IMG/VR virus record: IMGVR_UViG_3300037485_000206
Location: 1,867 to 65,866 of that record
Source of the DNA: a virus
Lineage: Duplodnaviria > Caudoviricetes
Length of the DNA: 64,000 bases
Strand: one strand, 5' to 3'
Positions 40,401-48,955 of the stretch are shown piece after piece (positions within the stretch are counted from its first letter, which is position 1; each line of letters starts with the position of its first letter). The position numbers and the translations under genes were made by a program. The notes beneath the pieces were generated by a model that saw nothing but the letters and a program-made list of their open reading frames with translations, made no database searches and was not told the origin of the DNA.

Positions 40401-43400
40401 ACATAGCAGGAACTTATGGTAACGATATAACTGCCCCACTGACGTTTCATTTGGGGGCCCGCAGAAAGGGCGTATCTCTTAAAGAGATTAAGTCCGCTAG
40501 ACATCTTTTAGCAGAAAGCGGCCAATACCCAAATCTGGAATTTGCCCGAACTTTATCAATTGACTATTCGACTACTAAAGCAAAGTTTCCAAAGCTAAGA
40601 ACAATAGACAAGCTGATTCTTGAACAATCGTATTTTTATACAAAACCTGATAAAGGCGACGGCACTTTCTACTTTGCGGGCGACACAAAAGTTCGCGCTT
40701 TAGGGATAACCACACCGCGTACTGATAAGTACGGTACTTACACGGTTGATCTGAATGGCATAGAAACGGTTAGTGAAGATATTGGTATTATCGAGAGCCG
40801 TGAAGGCGGAAAAGCCCCGCTAATACTAAATTTTCCAGATATAAAATTTACCCCAATTCCAAATCTTGTATCTGAAAAGAAAGCAGAAGAAAGCATACTT
40901 AAAGCAGCGGCGGAGGTATTTAAAGCAGCCAATCTAAACAGAGATCTTTTTACTAACAATGATGCTTGGGGCGAGTTAGATGGGGATGGGGTAGAAGAAG
41001 CAGAAAGCATCCTCTTTAAATCAGAAAATGATTTTCTAAGAGCGCTGCCTACTGAAGCCCGAGTAGTTGCTAGAAGGGCTTTTGATGACTTTGACGAACT
41101 CAACCCTCCCGGCGACGACGGGAACGAGTCGTATGCAGAGCGCGTTTTTTCTGTTGTTCGCCACACTATAAAAACAGCAAAGGCAGACCCAGTGCAGGTC
41201 TATATGGCCCTGCTCCGCTCTTTTGACCGTACTGCTACTCTGCTTGGAGAAGATGTCAAAGTAAACTTGCCTCAGCGTATTGCGGATGCGCCCCCCATAT
41301 CGGAGGTCAACGACAACAACGAGGAGTTCCTCTACAGCAAGCCGATGTACGCCAACGACACGCTGGCTGCGGCGGGCGCTGTGGGTGACCAGTTCATCGC
41401 CAAGAACAAGTCTACGTATGAGAAGGTCAAGGCCAACGGCACTGGGCTGGCTTTTGAGACCAGCTACATAGACCGCTTCGCTGGCTTCGAGCGTCTGGCT
41501 AAGTTGATGCCTTCCCTCAAGGGCACGCAGATGATGTACTACCTGCGTATGTACGATCAGCGCATGAACTTCGTCTCGCAGTCCGTCTCTAGGGGCGCTC
41601 TGCAACTCGTCAAGAAGACACGCCCCGATGGCGGCAAAGAGTTCCTGATCGAGAGCAAGGAAGGTCCATCGTTGGCGGGCGTGGTTGGGATTCTGAAGGA
41701 CGCTACGAAGATGGTCGGCAACGGGGAGGGCGTCAACCGCCTGTTCACGCTGTACCTGTCAGCCATCCGCGCTAAATCCAAGGGGCTGGACGCGCTGCAT
41801 TTCGGTACTGCCCTGACGCAGGCCGATTTGGACAAAGCCATGAAGGCAATCCAAGACACCCCCGGGCTGGAGGCGATCTTCAAGCGTGCGCGTGATGAGT
41901 ACAACGCCTACAACCGGGGGCTGATTAACTTTGCGGTGCAGACCGATGCGCTCAGTAAAGACGTTGCGGCCACCCTGCTGAAGGAGAACGACTACATCCC
42001 TTGGTATCGCCAGCGCAACGGCGTGGCTGAGTTGGTCATCGGCAAGGAAACGCCCATCAACGTGGGCAACATCACCCACCAGCCGTACCTGAAAGAGCTT
42101 ATCGGGGGCGACACTCCGATCTTGGACTTCATGACCAGTTCTGTGCAGAACACGAATCTGCTCACAGACATGGCGCTGCGGAATCGAGCCACGCTGACCA
42201 GCGTCATGGAGTTGGTTGAGATGAAGCTTGCCAAGATCGGCAGCAAGAACATGGCGGGTCCGAACATCGTCAAGTTCCGCGTCGATGGCGAAGACCGAGC
42301 AGCCATGATCGATACCGACACGGCTGGCGTCGATGCGGACATCCTCGTCAAGGGGATGGAGGGCATCCCTGTTCAGTTGTCGGGCATAGCTCGGATACTG
42401 GCGTTCCCTGCCACCGTCTTACGCAAAGCGATCACGCTGTCTCCGCTGTACGTGGCACGGCAGTTGTTCCGTGACTCGTTGGCTGCACCGATTCTTTCTG
42501 GCGCTGACTTCTTGCCGATCATGGGGGCACTGAAGGAACTCAATAGCTCTACCAAGAGCACGCTGGAGAGCCGGGGCATTACGGGCGGACAGATATTCAC
42601 TGGTGGATCAGAAGACCTGACCAAGATCCTGCAAGACATCACGGACGGCAAGTCCACATGGATGCAGGGCATCAACAAGCTGCAAGCCATGAACATGGAG
42701 GCGGATGCGCTTACCCGTCGCGCTCAGTACAACAGCTACATCAAGCAAGGTCTGTCCGAGATGGAGGCCACGCTCATGGCGCTGGAGTCCATGAACTTCA
42801 ACAAGCGTGGCGCGTCTCCTAGTATCCACCTTGCCAACTCGTTGATCCCATTCTTCAACGCGCAGATCCAGTCGATGAACGTGCTGTACAAGGCGTTCAA
42901 CGGGAAGATGCCGTTTAACGAGCGTCTCAGGATCAAAGAAAAGCTCATCGAGCGTGGCCTGATTCTGGCGGGCATCTCCGTGACCTACGCTATAGCAATG
43001 CAGGACGACGAGGCATACAAGAACGCCACGCCTGACCAGAAGTACGGCAACTGGTTCTTCCGTATCCCGGGAATTGACGAGCCTCTCAGGTTCCCTATCC
43101 CGTTTGAAATCGGCTACATCTTCAAGGCGTTGCCCGAAGCGCTGGTCAACACGATGATGACAAAGCACGGCGGCGAAGAAGCAGTCGAGGCGTTTACAAC
43201 GATCTTCAAGCAACTCATTCCGGGCGGCACTTCTCTTGGCATCCCGCAAGCAATGAAGCCTGCCATCGAGGCAAAGCTTGGCAAGTCGTTCTACACAGGC
43301 CGCGACATCTTGAATCGCCAAGAGCAAGGGCTGCTGCCAGAACAACAGGTCCGCCCAGAGACCACCGAAGCATCCAAGTACATTGCCTCTGGCCTCGGTA

Positions 43401-43894
43401 TGTCACCGATCATTCTGGACGGTCTGGTGCAGGGCTATACCGGGACGATGGGCTTGGCGCTGCTGCAAGCCGTCAGCGCAGGGTTGCCGCTCAAGGGCGA
43501 AAAGGGACCGGAGCAAGCGTACAAGCGCCTGTCTGAAATGCCTGTGATCGGCGGGGCGTTCCAGCCCAACGATGCGGGCGGCATCATCACCAATGTGTAC
43601 GAGCGGATGCTGGAGATCCAGAAGCTCGACAATTCGGTGGACGCTCTTATCAGCAGGGGGCGGGTGGCAGACGCCAAGGAGTTGGTGGCCCAGCGCAGCA
43701 ACGAGTACATGATGTCGGAAGTCGCTGGCGAGTACATCTCAACAATCCGGGAACTTACGCAGTATGAGAACGCGATTAAGGCATCGGACCTTTCCCCAGA
43801 GGAAAAGCGTAAGAGGCTGGACGAGATCCGTAAGATGAAGATCAGGTACTCGGCGCAGTCGCGCCAAGCTGTAGATAAAACCACACTCCAATAA
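34439..43894 (+). CDS. 3151-aa large polyvalent virion protein (zincin HExxH, WCT domain, LPD38-like C-terminus)
   Basis: Uninterrupted ORF; LLHEGTHA...EFTAE; GTSWCTA; PFFNAQIQ...RFPIPFEIG. Confidence 0.85.
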   Translation: MPYTVELPDGRSVEFPDDVPKEKAAEIIRSQLGIGEGKKGLGAAVAKGTESMVSQMRSGLGGIFSSPEEAATAGLERGKGINTEYADQIGFDKVKEAYGRGLLPAAGEVIRQVPLALAEQLPNLATMAGGAKAGAMALARATPYGRIIGGIAGALAPSAVQQFGGNIERQAAEQQEAEQPVAIDRGAALAATAVQAPLDVLGNYIPLGGRLVGKLVGIPEKALLADTTGKVAKLAEEKLLATLAKGTGVGILAEVPTEVTQQMLERAQAGLSLTDADALKEYGETIYQTALLGPLGAVGRVSERAGARSQIDQQKQEEQRQAQILQANLEQQQQAATAAAQKQAEIEEAQYRQSPQFVADAEQAYATLQQEVATLNAALRTKVGPDDLAGVAARKEARDRLREINKDPKTAKIVQDYRDAQKMKPPAAGAPPAATPPAAAGTPAAAGPVLALPAPTPEEPAPEPKPEPLEGLMQQYDELEQQSNSLADRLQQAGAAKDTEAHSTLLEQYKGIEDRRKAIGAKIEQQGGVAGYALDKPPEEFKGLPVHQEELAEIEKKIKAATKAAENAGTNGEFALQNKALAKLDALNTQKQALQQDIEKRRDAIKKQQAVASTGTGETMPLFTKGEAPPSPAGVDTPNVTERARGLANKPSEAKPVPRRARAAKEETGPTTPNMFDQLAEQDRAEEERNLRERGQTRPLFTEEQAPLPKAETEDKAPQRYNTVKESGELIEGRSPRRDREGILDNAPEETRSEAGRMHDIFSPFNIYSTDLRNGELLGDFARNVGRAKDREARTQSLDAKAADQRRFMEAMEQRLNLPGRKRVRAVFPIQDFQPSKFQPFDPYVKTMDDIQALRDRIEQKGKANKSILQQAVDAYAAREKYNELLDKGVMPLLTPASMPLKFESWLKGIQKLNNKISYSKSVVPGEFTEVKPMPPLGMKDKVDALAAKAKGEKELTRPLTKNEIKQIRDKRDSADRVYNKLVTEKITPATNQIFALYESLYEVSDVEAYDKTTARKTADVETLGRTRNKVSKEADVAARFREGDVRKEVANSQTMQDFADKAGRESEVYLAASAQFAKRLGATINEYGELEVGANKRNGDKVEAANIELDEIAMREGRKTPAYKAELKKSVERLQDAISYSNQTQQTKRTEQVVRKTTVEPTTMRTGSEDSKEGATTTTVKRGATSAEISPKRKPAPAAAETPAAEPAEQAEVPRSATDKRAPPTEEDGPRKPKVSQTPASQEKKRDETPEEAKARLEAVADKARTLLIKESDRLDAFRNELTDLEDELDASQVRLAEEEAQGRGTPTRELVREYQSRIANQKNSIKAQNLATTRAHLEYSAAVREAQAVKVPPKAAGEKFLRGVESNSPDLTPEQVTALENNKLTDALKSIAADSRTSKLNKAVALRLAELLDNTNIKIAANVADQSGASALGKVNVSGTQITLNRKGGLSQETLLHEGTHAAIERVLSMPDSQLTDIQRVAKRELMALHAAIKNDPRITSTFAKGSLSEFTAEVMSNRTLQLQLSDKKWKLSDAWKGFKSIVLRMLGIERPETMLGAAIQSIDALFTPTSMQQKGQAKGTKLSAKDIAALHTGSNSMKQFAEQFGTDFIKQADRSPEDAERIGQDYLDQMSYKPGDFVAPAEETKLSYKAIMPDGTPYDPDNALHYISASVETFAILQAGGNENVRRREARQITRKRVDALRQLVDDFSFSSPYTKIEQALVAKAASKYAIIADKNGRLKIAEIATNNRHPVAVVGNNAVAAIIQELRAGKSLKAAFLDGLQSEADKNVKRNGSKNGWQKFEQSDDLDDAVKLNAACAGTSWCTASGVETASDQLTDGDFYVNFKDGVPTVAVRMDGKDKIGEVRGHTQNQGLTDEQQQIAKDFISANKFEGSREYLKEMVKKETLIRVFQTGYMTPKDIYAVGAEYSSTSDAIEPSWGWYRFSNLDGYNQIRPNPSAKVLKRFTDILEMSVELAIEDGHYVIGYIAGTYGNDITAPLTFHLGARRKGVSLKEIKSARHLLAESGQYPNLEFARTLSIDYSTTKAKFPKLRTIDKLILEQSYFYTKPDKGDGTFYFAGDTKVRALGITTPRTDKYGTYTVDLNGIETVSEDIGIIESREGGKAPLILNFPDIKFTPIPNLVSEKKAEESILKAAAEVFKAANLNRDLFTNNDAWGELDGDGVEEAESILFKSENDFLRALPTEARVVARRAFDDFDELNPPGDDGNESYAERVFSVVRHTIKTAKADPVQVYMALLRSFDRTATLLGEDVKVNLPQRIADAPPISEVNDNNEEFLYSKPMYANDTLAAAGAVGDQFIAKNKSTYEKVKANGTGLAFETSYIDRFAGFERLAKLMPSLKGTQMMYYLRMYDQRMNFVSQSVSRGALQLVKKTRPDGGKEFLIESKEGPSLAGVVGILKDATKMVGNGEGVNRLFTLYLSAIRAKSKGLDALHFGTALTQADLDKAMKAIQDTPGLEAIFKRARDEYNAYNRGLINFAVQTDALSKDVAATLLKENDYIPWYRQRNGVAELVIGKETPINVGNITHQPYLKELIGGDTPILDFMTSSVQNTNLLTDMALRNRATLTSVMELVEMKLAKIGSKNMAGPNIVKFRVDGEDRAAMIDTDTAGVDADILVKGMEGIPVQLSGIARILAFPATVLRKAITLSPLYVARQLFRDSLAAPILSGADFLPIMGALKELNSSTKSTLESRGITGGQIFTGGSEDLTKILQDITDGKSTWMQGINKLQAMNMEADALTRRAQYNSYIKQGLSEMEATLMALESMNFNKRGASPSIHLANSLIPFFNAQIQSMNVLYKAFNGKMPFNERLRIKEKLIERGLILAGISVTYAIAMQDDEAYKNATPDQKYGNWFFRIPGIDEPLRFPIPFEIGYIFKALPEALVNTMMTKHGGEEAVEAFTTIFKQLIPGGTSLGIPQAMKPAIEAKLGKSFYTGRDILNRQEQGLLPEQQVRPETTEASKYIASGLGMSPIILDGLVQGYTGTMGLALLQAVSAGLPLKGEKGPEQAYKRLSEMPVIGGAFQPNDAGGIITNVYERMLEIQKLDNSVDALISRGRVADAKELVAQRSNEYMMSEVAGEYISTIRELTQYENAIKASDLSPEEKRKRLDEIRKMKIRYSAQSRQAVDKTTLQ

Positions 43895-44057
43895 GCTCGT
43901 CACGAATGCCCGGGATCGCCCGGGCATTCAACATCTTCAGCTTCAGTGCTTCGCGTAGCCCCAACTCGCGAATCAGGGCGGTATCTAGGCAAGGGATAAA
44001 GAACCCGTCGCCCGGGTCTAGCTCAGTCCACGGATAGTGGATCCGAAGTTTCACCAT
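43842..44057 (-). CDS. small putative DNA-binding protein (YPWTELDPGDGFFIP)
   Basis: Recognisable YP-W/F...GD-x-FF-x-P motif; GGAGG RBS. Confidence 0.6.
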   Translation of the reverse strand: MVKLRIHYPWTELDPGDGFFIPCLDTALIRELGLREALKLKMLNARAIPGIRDELIGVWFYLQLGATAPST

Positions 44058-46959
44058 CGCCTCCGATCAGTTCTGCGCCCTCGTCGTCTTCCTGCATGGT
44101 GGTCTTCCTGCGGCTGATCTTCAGCGCAGCCACGCGCATCTGCGGCCCCTTGGTCTTCGAGGTCATGTTCTTCTTGGGCATATGCGTGACCACGAACATA
44201 TCGGCCAGTTGCCGCTTGAAGTCCGTATAGCCGAAGCTCATTGACGCACAGTACGCCTTGAGCATCCCCTCCTCGATGTAGTAGTCGATGTGCTCCGGGG
44301 TAACGTCATGCTCGACCCGCCCCATGATGGACGAGCGCGTCAGCGACTGATCGACCTCCCTCTCCTCCCCAAGCGTAGTAATCAAACGCTTGAGCGCGTC
44401 GTCGTAGCGCACCACGATCATCTTGCCGTAGTTGTCGCGGGTATAGGCGTTCAGTACATCCTCGGCGGTACGCGCACTGCCCTTGATGTTGATCCGCATA
44501 TTCTCAACACACTCCTTGAATGTGTTCATGATCTCGCGCATGGGTAGCTCGATAATCCCTGCATGAGTCTTATTGAACAAGATCCCCGCAGCGAGCCCCG
44601 CCCCGATGCCGCCCACCCAAAACCGCTCGTCGTTGGTAGCCCCGAAGTCTTTGAAGACTTGCCGAACGCAGTCAGGAACCAGCGTCTTCAACAGGTCAAC
44701 ATTCTTCGCCATGTAATCGACCATCATGTGGCCTGCCACAGCATAGTTATGCTGCAAGGATTTGATGATCTCGATCTCGTGTGGCTCCCACTTTAGAACA
44801 TCAGTCCATGTGAATTCCAGCAGTCGGCGCAGTTCACCCTCGGCTGCGTGCTTGCGTCCACCTGTCAGACTATCTACAGCGTGGGTGTTCGAGGACATGA
44901 TCGCCACCGTCATCCACGTAGACAGGTTCAGGCGTTCCTTGTTGGAGCCAGACTCCATGCGCTCCTTGCCCTGCCCCTCAGTCATGTCCAGCAGAAACTC
45001 GGGGAACCACTCGAAGTCCTTGCGGTTCTTGCTGGTGATCTCATCAGTGATCAGGGGGATGCTGCCCAGCAGCCCCAAGCGCTGCTGCATGGCAACAGGC
45101 GATGTGCCCTTGCCTGTACGGTAGCGAACTGGGTGGCCCCAGATAGATGCGGCGGCTTCCAGCGCCAGCGACTTACCCGTGCCAGACTCTGTCGAGCCGC
45201 AGTGATACGTCATCCCGTACAACCCTGTGAAGCGCATCAGTGGGGCCGAAGCTCCTGCCAACATAATAGCCAGATGGCTATACATCTTCTTGCGGATAAG
45301 AAGATTGATACATTCCCGCCAACCTTCGATGGTCCCCGCAGGTTTGGTATAGGCGTTCTGGTTCTGCAATTCTTTCATGGGGACGGTGAGCGGACCATTC
45401 TTGGAATAGATGCGCCCAGAGTAGACGAACGTATCGTCTTCCTGCCAGCCGTAACTCGATGGAACCTTGACGGGAGCCCTGCCGCTACTGGCCTCCTCCA
45501 CGCACTGCCTGACGTAGGCGAACAGGTTCACATCGTTGCCTGACCCGATGGCCGCGATGATGTTCTGCTCGGCCAGCGCCTTGACCGTCTCGTCCTTGCT
45601 GACCACCGCACGCTGCGGCAGCGTGATCTGGAGCACGCCTTCGTTGGGCTTGATCGCCATCATGTGGACGGTGTGTACGCCTTGGCAGTTGAGGATGTCC
45701 ACGACAAATAGATCGAACGGCAGCAACAGAATCTGGCGCTTGACCTTATTCCCGGCAGCATCTTCGTCGGTCTTCTCCATGTAGACGCCGCCCTTGGCCC
45801 CGTAAGCAAACCCCTTGGGGGGCGTGGGACGAATGACTTTGACGACTTCATCAGGGATCGACGGGCTGTCTGACGGCAGCACGACCTCGATCTCTTTCTC
45901 CTCGGTATCAAGCGCTACCTCACGCCCAAGCGCCAGCGGGTTGGTGATCTTGCCGAAGTGTGGACAGGTATGGCACAGACCCGGGTTCTCGCTCTCCAAC
46001 TTTGTGCAGGGATACGGCCCCTTGATCTGGGCAAGCTTGGCCTGCATCCGATCCTCGTCGTAGGGGTGCAACTTGGACAGCCACCTGACTGCCTTGTCTC
46101 CATCCGTACAGACCTTGGCGATGCTCAACCAGCCACGCCACGCTGGCTCCATGCCTTCTTCCGCAGCGTTCTCGACGTAGTGCTGAAGCTGAGCGCACCC
46201 AGTACCGGCCTTGGTTGCGTTGAGGATCTTCTTGAAACTCGTCACGGAGTTCTCGAACATCTTGACGGCAGACGCTGAGGGCAGTGCCTTGGGGCGCTCC
46301 CCCAGCAGACTCAACGCGGACACTGTCGGTACTGGCGGCAGCGCGGTTAGCTTGCCGGTGATGAAAGCGCTGATCACATCGAAGTCGAAGATGCTGCCTT
46401 CAGACAACAGCACCACGTGGCGAGGCTCGCCGTACTTCTCTTTGAAGTTGGTCGTGCCGGGGATCCGCAGAACCCGCGCTGCATCCGCCGTCACCGTCAT
46501 GTCGATGGCAAGCTTCTCTTGCTTGCACAAGCGCTTCAGATTCTCAGCAATCGGCTTCCATGCGTCGATGGAAATCGCGTCATGCAGCGGCCAGTAACAG
46601 TGCAGCCCACCACCCGAGCCGACGATCCACGGACGCCCGAACTGATCCAGCCCAGTCTCGGTGAGGAACGCGCTGAGTGCAAGCGCTGCCTGCTTCTTCG
46701 AGGCGTACCCATCCATATCGATGAAGAACGCCCGGATGAACTGCGCGTTGGCTGCGGTGCGCTTGCCTGATTTTTCAAACGTCGAGAGCGCGAAGTATGC
46801 GTTCTTGTTGTCCGATACCCAGTTGTCTACGGCAGGATAGATTTCATTGAGGTCTGTGACGAATAGGTGTTCTTTTTTTACTGTGGATAGCTCTGCCGCG
46901 CAATACAGCCCGTGTTGCGGAGACGGCAAAACAACCGCTAGAAACTCAAGCGGGTTCAT
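44023..46959 (-). CDS. primase-helicase (AEP/RepB-like primase, Cys cluster, DUF927, P-loop)
   Basis: FIDMD, SGGGLHCYW, RVLRIPGT, C..CxxCPH, SGTGKS, TDEIT. Confidence 0.85.
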   Translation of the reverse strand: MNPLEFLAVVLPSPQHGLYCAAELSTVKKEHLFVTDLNEIYPAVDNWVSDNKNAYFALSTFEKSGKRTAANAQFIRAFFIDMDGYASKKQAALALSAFLTETGLDQFGRPWIVGSGGGLHCYWPLHDAISIDAWKPIAENLKRLCKQEKLAIDMTVTADAARVLRIPGTTNFKEKYGEPRHVVLLSEGSIFDFDVISAFITGKLTALPPVPTVSALSLLGERPKALPSASAVKMFENSVTSFKKILNATKAGTGCAQLQHYVENAAEEGMEPAWRGWLSIAKVCTDGDKAVRWLSKLHPYDEDRMQAKLAQIKGPYPCTKLESENPGLCHTCPHFGKITNPLALGREVALDTEEKEIEVVLPSDSPSIPDEVVKVIRPTPPKGFAYGAKGGVYMEKTDEDAAGNKVKRQILLLPFDLFVVDILNCQGVHTVHMMAIKPNEGVLQITLPQRAVVSKDETVKALAEQNIIAAIGSGNDVNLFAYVRQCVEEASSGRAPVKVPSSYGWQEDDTFVYSGRIYSKNGPLTVPMKELQNQNAYTKPAGTIEGWRECINLLIRKKMYSHLAIMLAGASAPLMRFTGLYGMTYHCGSTESGTGKSLALEAAASIWGHPVRYRTGKGTSPVAMQQRLGLLGSIPLITDEITSKNRKDFEWFPEFLLDMTEGQGKERMESGSNKERLNLSTWMTVAIMSSNTHAVDSLTGGRKHAAEGELRRLLEFTWTDVLKWEPHEIEIIKSLQHNYAVAGHMMVDYMAKNVDLLKTLVPDCVRQVFKDFGATNDERFWVGGIGAGLAAGILFNKTHAGIIELPMREIMNTFKECVENMRINIKGSARTAEDVLNAYTRDNYGKMIVVRYDDALKRLITTLGEEREVDQSLTRSSIMGRVEHDVTPEHIDYYIEEGMLKAYCASMSFGYTDFKRQLADMFVVTHMPKKNMTSKTKGPQMRVAALKISRRKTTMQEDDEGAELIGGDGETSDPLSVD

Positions 46960-46975
46960 GTCGGTCCTTAGCGGG

Positions 46976-47176
46976 TCAGTCGAATAGGCGCATCTGGCGG
47001 GGATCTTCTTCCTTTGGTTGCGCTCTTTCTAGCGCCAGTGTGAACTCGTCAAGCAAGTCGTCCACTTTTTTTCGGGACTCAAGACTTAAGTTCAGATGCA
47101 TAAAACGCCCAATGTCTTCCAGCAGCTCTTTTTGAAGCTTTCTTCGCAGTTCCATTTCCTGTTCTTCAGGCGTCAT
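46976..47176 (-). CDS. hypothetical protein
   Basis: ATGA overlap; ends QMRLFD, a clamp-binding-like motif. Confidence 0.6.
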   Translation of the reverse strand: MTPEEQEMELRRKLQKELLEDIGRFMHLNLSLESRKKVDDLLDEFTLALERAQPKEEDPRQMRLFD

Positions 47177-47451
47177 GGCGTCAGGTTGTATTCTTTGCAT
47201 ATCAGTCTCCATGCCTCGTCGGCAGTTGGTGTGTTCTTAAGGATGTTCAGCAGCATCTCGGCGCGTTGCTCGTAGGCCGGGAAAATCTCCCCGCCCAAGA
47301 ACCAGTTGTAAACAGTCTGGCGAGTTACGCCCAGCGCCTTAGCGATGCGAACGACGGAAAAGTCGCGATTGATGGCCCACCGCCCTAGCTGGTTCCCCAG
47401 CGTCTTGGGGCAGTTGGCAATCGCGTTGATGGTTTTCTGTGAGTAAGGCAT
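47173..47451 (-). CDS. Cro/XRE-like HTH regulator
   Basis: VVRIAKALGVTRQTVYNWFLG. Confidence 0.8.
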   Translation of the reverse strand: MPYSQKTINAIANCPKTLGNQLGRWAINRDFSVVRIAKALGVTRQTVYNWFLGGEIFPAYEQRAEMLLNILKNTPTADEAWRLICKEYNLTP

Positions 47452-47496
47452 ATGTGGGCGGGGCCAGCAAACCTCGCTGGCCCCAAACCTTTCTAG

Positions 47497-48471
47497 TTAC
47501 TCGTCGTCCCAGTCGGACACTACGTCGGCCAAGCTCTTCTTGGCGGGGACGGCGGATGGCTTTGCTTCTGCCTTGCGAACGGCAGGCTCGGCTGGCTCCT
47601 CGGCAGGCTCCTCGGCAGGCTCTTCAGCCTTGGGCTTGGCCGCTGCCTTCTTAGGCGCAGGGGCTGGCGCTTCCTCCTCTTCCTCGACTACTGGCGCAGC
47701 CTTGGGTTTGGTTCCACCCAGACTGAGTGGGGCTGGCTTCACACCGTCCACTGCCGAGACGTTCAGCGCCACGGCGTTGATGGCTTCAGGCGACTTGCCC
47801 TTCTCCGCAGCGATGGCGTACTCGTCGTCGGTCAGCCAACGCATTGCCTTGAAGTGAAGCTTGGGAGCCTCGGCCTTGGTATCGAACTTCATCCGGGTCA
47901 CGACGGTAGCGGGATCGACGCTCTGCGCCACGAGCCAGCGAGCATATGCTTGCAGCGGATGGTTGTCACCCTCGGATTTCCCGAAGATCGACGTTGCTGG
48001 CAGCGGCAACTGCATGACATCACTGCCCTCGATGTCGTTCGCCAAGACCACCGCCAGACGCTGCTGGTAGCGGCAGGCACGGCTCTGACCATTACCGGAA
48101 CCCGCCACGTTCTGGGGGCAGGAGGTGCAAGTCTTCGACTGAGGCTCCTTGACGCCTGCGTCAGGCTTGTCGCCGTCCGTGCTCCAGCAGTTGGGCGCAG
48201 CGGCAGCGGCCTCTGGGTCGTACTTGTTCATGTAGAAGATCCGGGCGACCTTGGCCGCTGCCTTGACGATCACCACATCCAAGAAGCGCTCGTCGATAGC
48301 GCCGACTTCCTTGCCGTCAGACATCAGGCGAAACACGCCGCCCTTGATGGAGATGCGCTTACCGCCGCTACCGCCGCTGTTACCAGCCAGCGCCTTGGCG
48401 ACATCCGAGAGCCCTGCTGCCCGTGCAAATGCCGGGATGCTTGATGGGTTGAACACTGCTACGTTACTCAT
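47497..48471 (-). CDS. putative ssDNA-binding protein
   Basis: RISIKGGVF, CWS...CTSCPQN...CR, acidic aromatic tail DWDDE. Confidence 0.65.
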   Translation of the reverse strand: MSNVAVFNPSSIPAFARAAGLSDVAKALAGNSGGSGGKRISIKGGVFRLMSDGKEVGAIDERFLDVVIVKAAAKVARIFYMNKYDPEAAAAAPNCWSTDGDKPDAGVKEPQSKTCTSCPQNVAGSGNGQSRACRYQQRLAVVLANDIEGSDVMQLPLPATSIFGKSEGDNHPLQAYARWLVAQSVDPATVVTRMKFDTKAEAPKLHFKAMRWLTDDEYAIAAEKGKSPEAINAVALNVSAVDGVKPAPLSLGGTKPKAAPVVEEEEEAPAPAPKKAAAKPKAEEPAEEPAEEPAEPAVRKAEAKPSAVPAKKSLADVVSDWDDE

Positions 48472-48479
48472 GATTTTCC

Positions 48480-48887
48480 TTACTTGATGGTTGGCTTGCG
48501 TACAGAAATGTCGTACTCCGAATTGGAGTTCAGCCCGGGCGGTACGACCCCGGGGTTGTCTTCGAGAAAGACCTTCATATTGGTCTGGTTGATTCGCCGC
48601 TCGAACAGGTCGAGCGCATCCTGCTCAGTCACGAACTTCTTGAAACTATCCCAGTCGTTCGTCGTGAACCGCGTCTTGACCGACATGACGACAGTGCCCT
48701 GCGGGGTATTGACCGAAGTCACGCCCAGCGCTTGCATCTGTTCTTTCATGGCGCTCTTGAGCGCGTCTTGCTGTTCCTTCAGCACCTCGACCTGAGTGTC
48801 GTAGACCTTGGTGAGCGTCTCGATCTCGGTGCGGATGCGTCGGTAAACCTTTGCCAACTTGTCCATTGGCACGATGTCATCTGTCAT
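48480..48887 (-). CDS. conserved replication-module coiled-coil protein
   Basis: DWDSFKKFV...LFERRI...PPGLN. Confidence 0.75.
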   Translation of the reverse strand: MTDDIVPMDKLAKVYRRIRTEIETLTKVYDTQVEVLKEQQDALKSAMKEQMQALGVTSVNTPQGTVVMSVKTRFTTNDWDSFKKFVTEQDALDLFERRINQTNMKVFLEDNPGVVPPGLNSNSEYDISVRKPTIK

Positions 48888-48919
48888 TTTGCTTCTCCTT
48901 TATTTGTCTAGCGTTGGAC

Positions 48920-48947
48920 ATTCTACATGGAACGAAAGTGCGTGCAA
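48920..48947 (-). promoter_or_regulatory. putative sigma70 promoter with adjacent operator-like palindrome
   Basis: TTGCAC-16 nt-TAGAAT on the - strand. Confidence 0.6.
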
Positions 48948-48955
48948 CCCCTCCT

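Noticed and set aside
34439-43894. N4-like virion RNA polymerase reading hairpin promoters
   Set aside because: Size is similar, but I found no T7-type motif B (R...K.......YG) or DxDGD motif, and the gene context is not N4-like.
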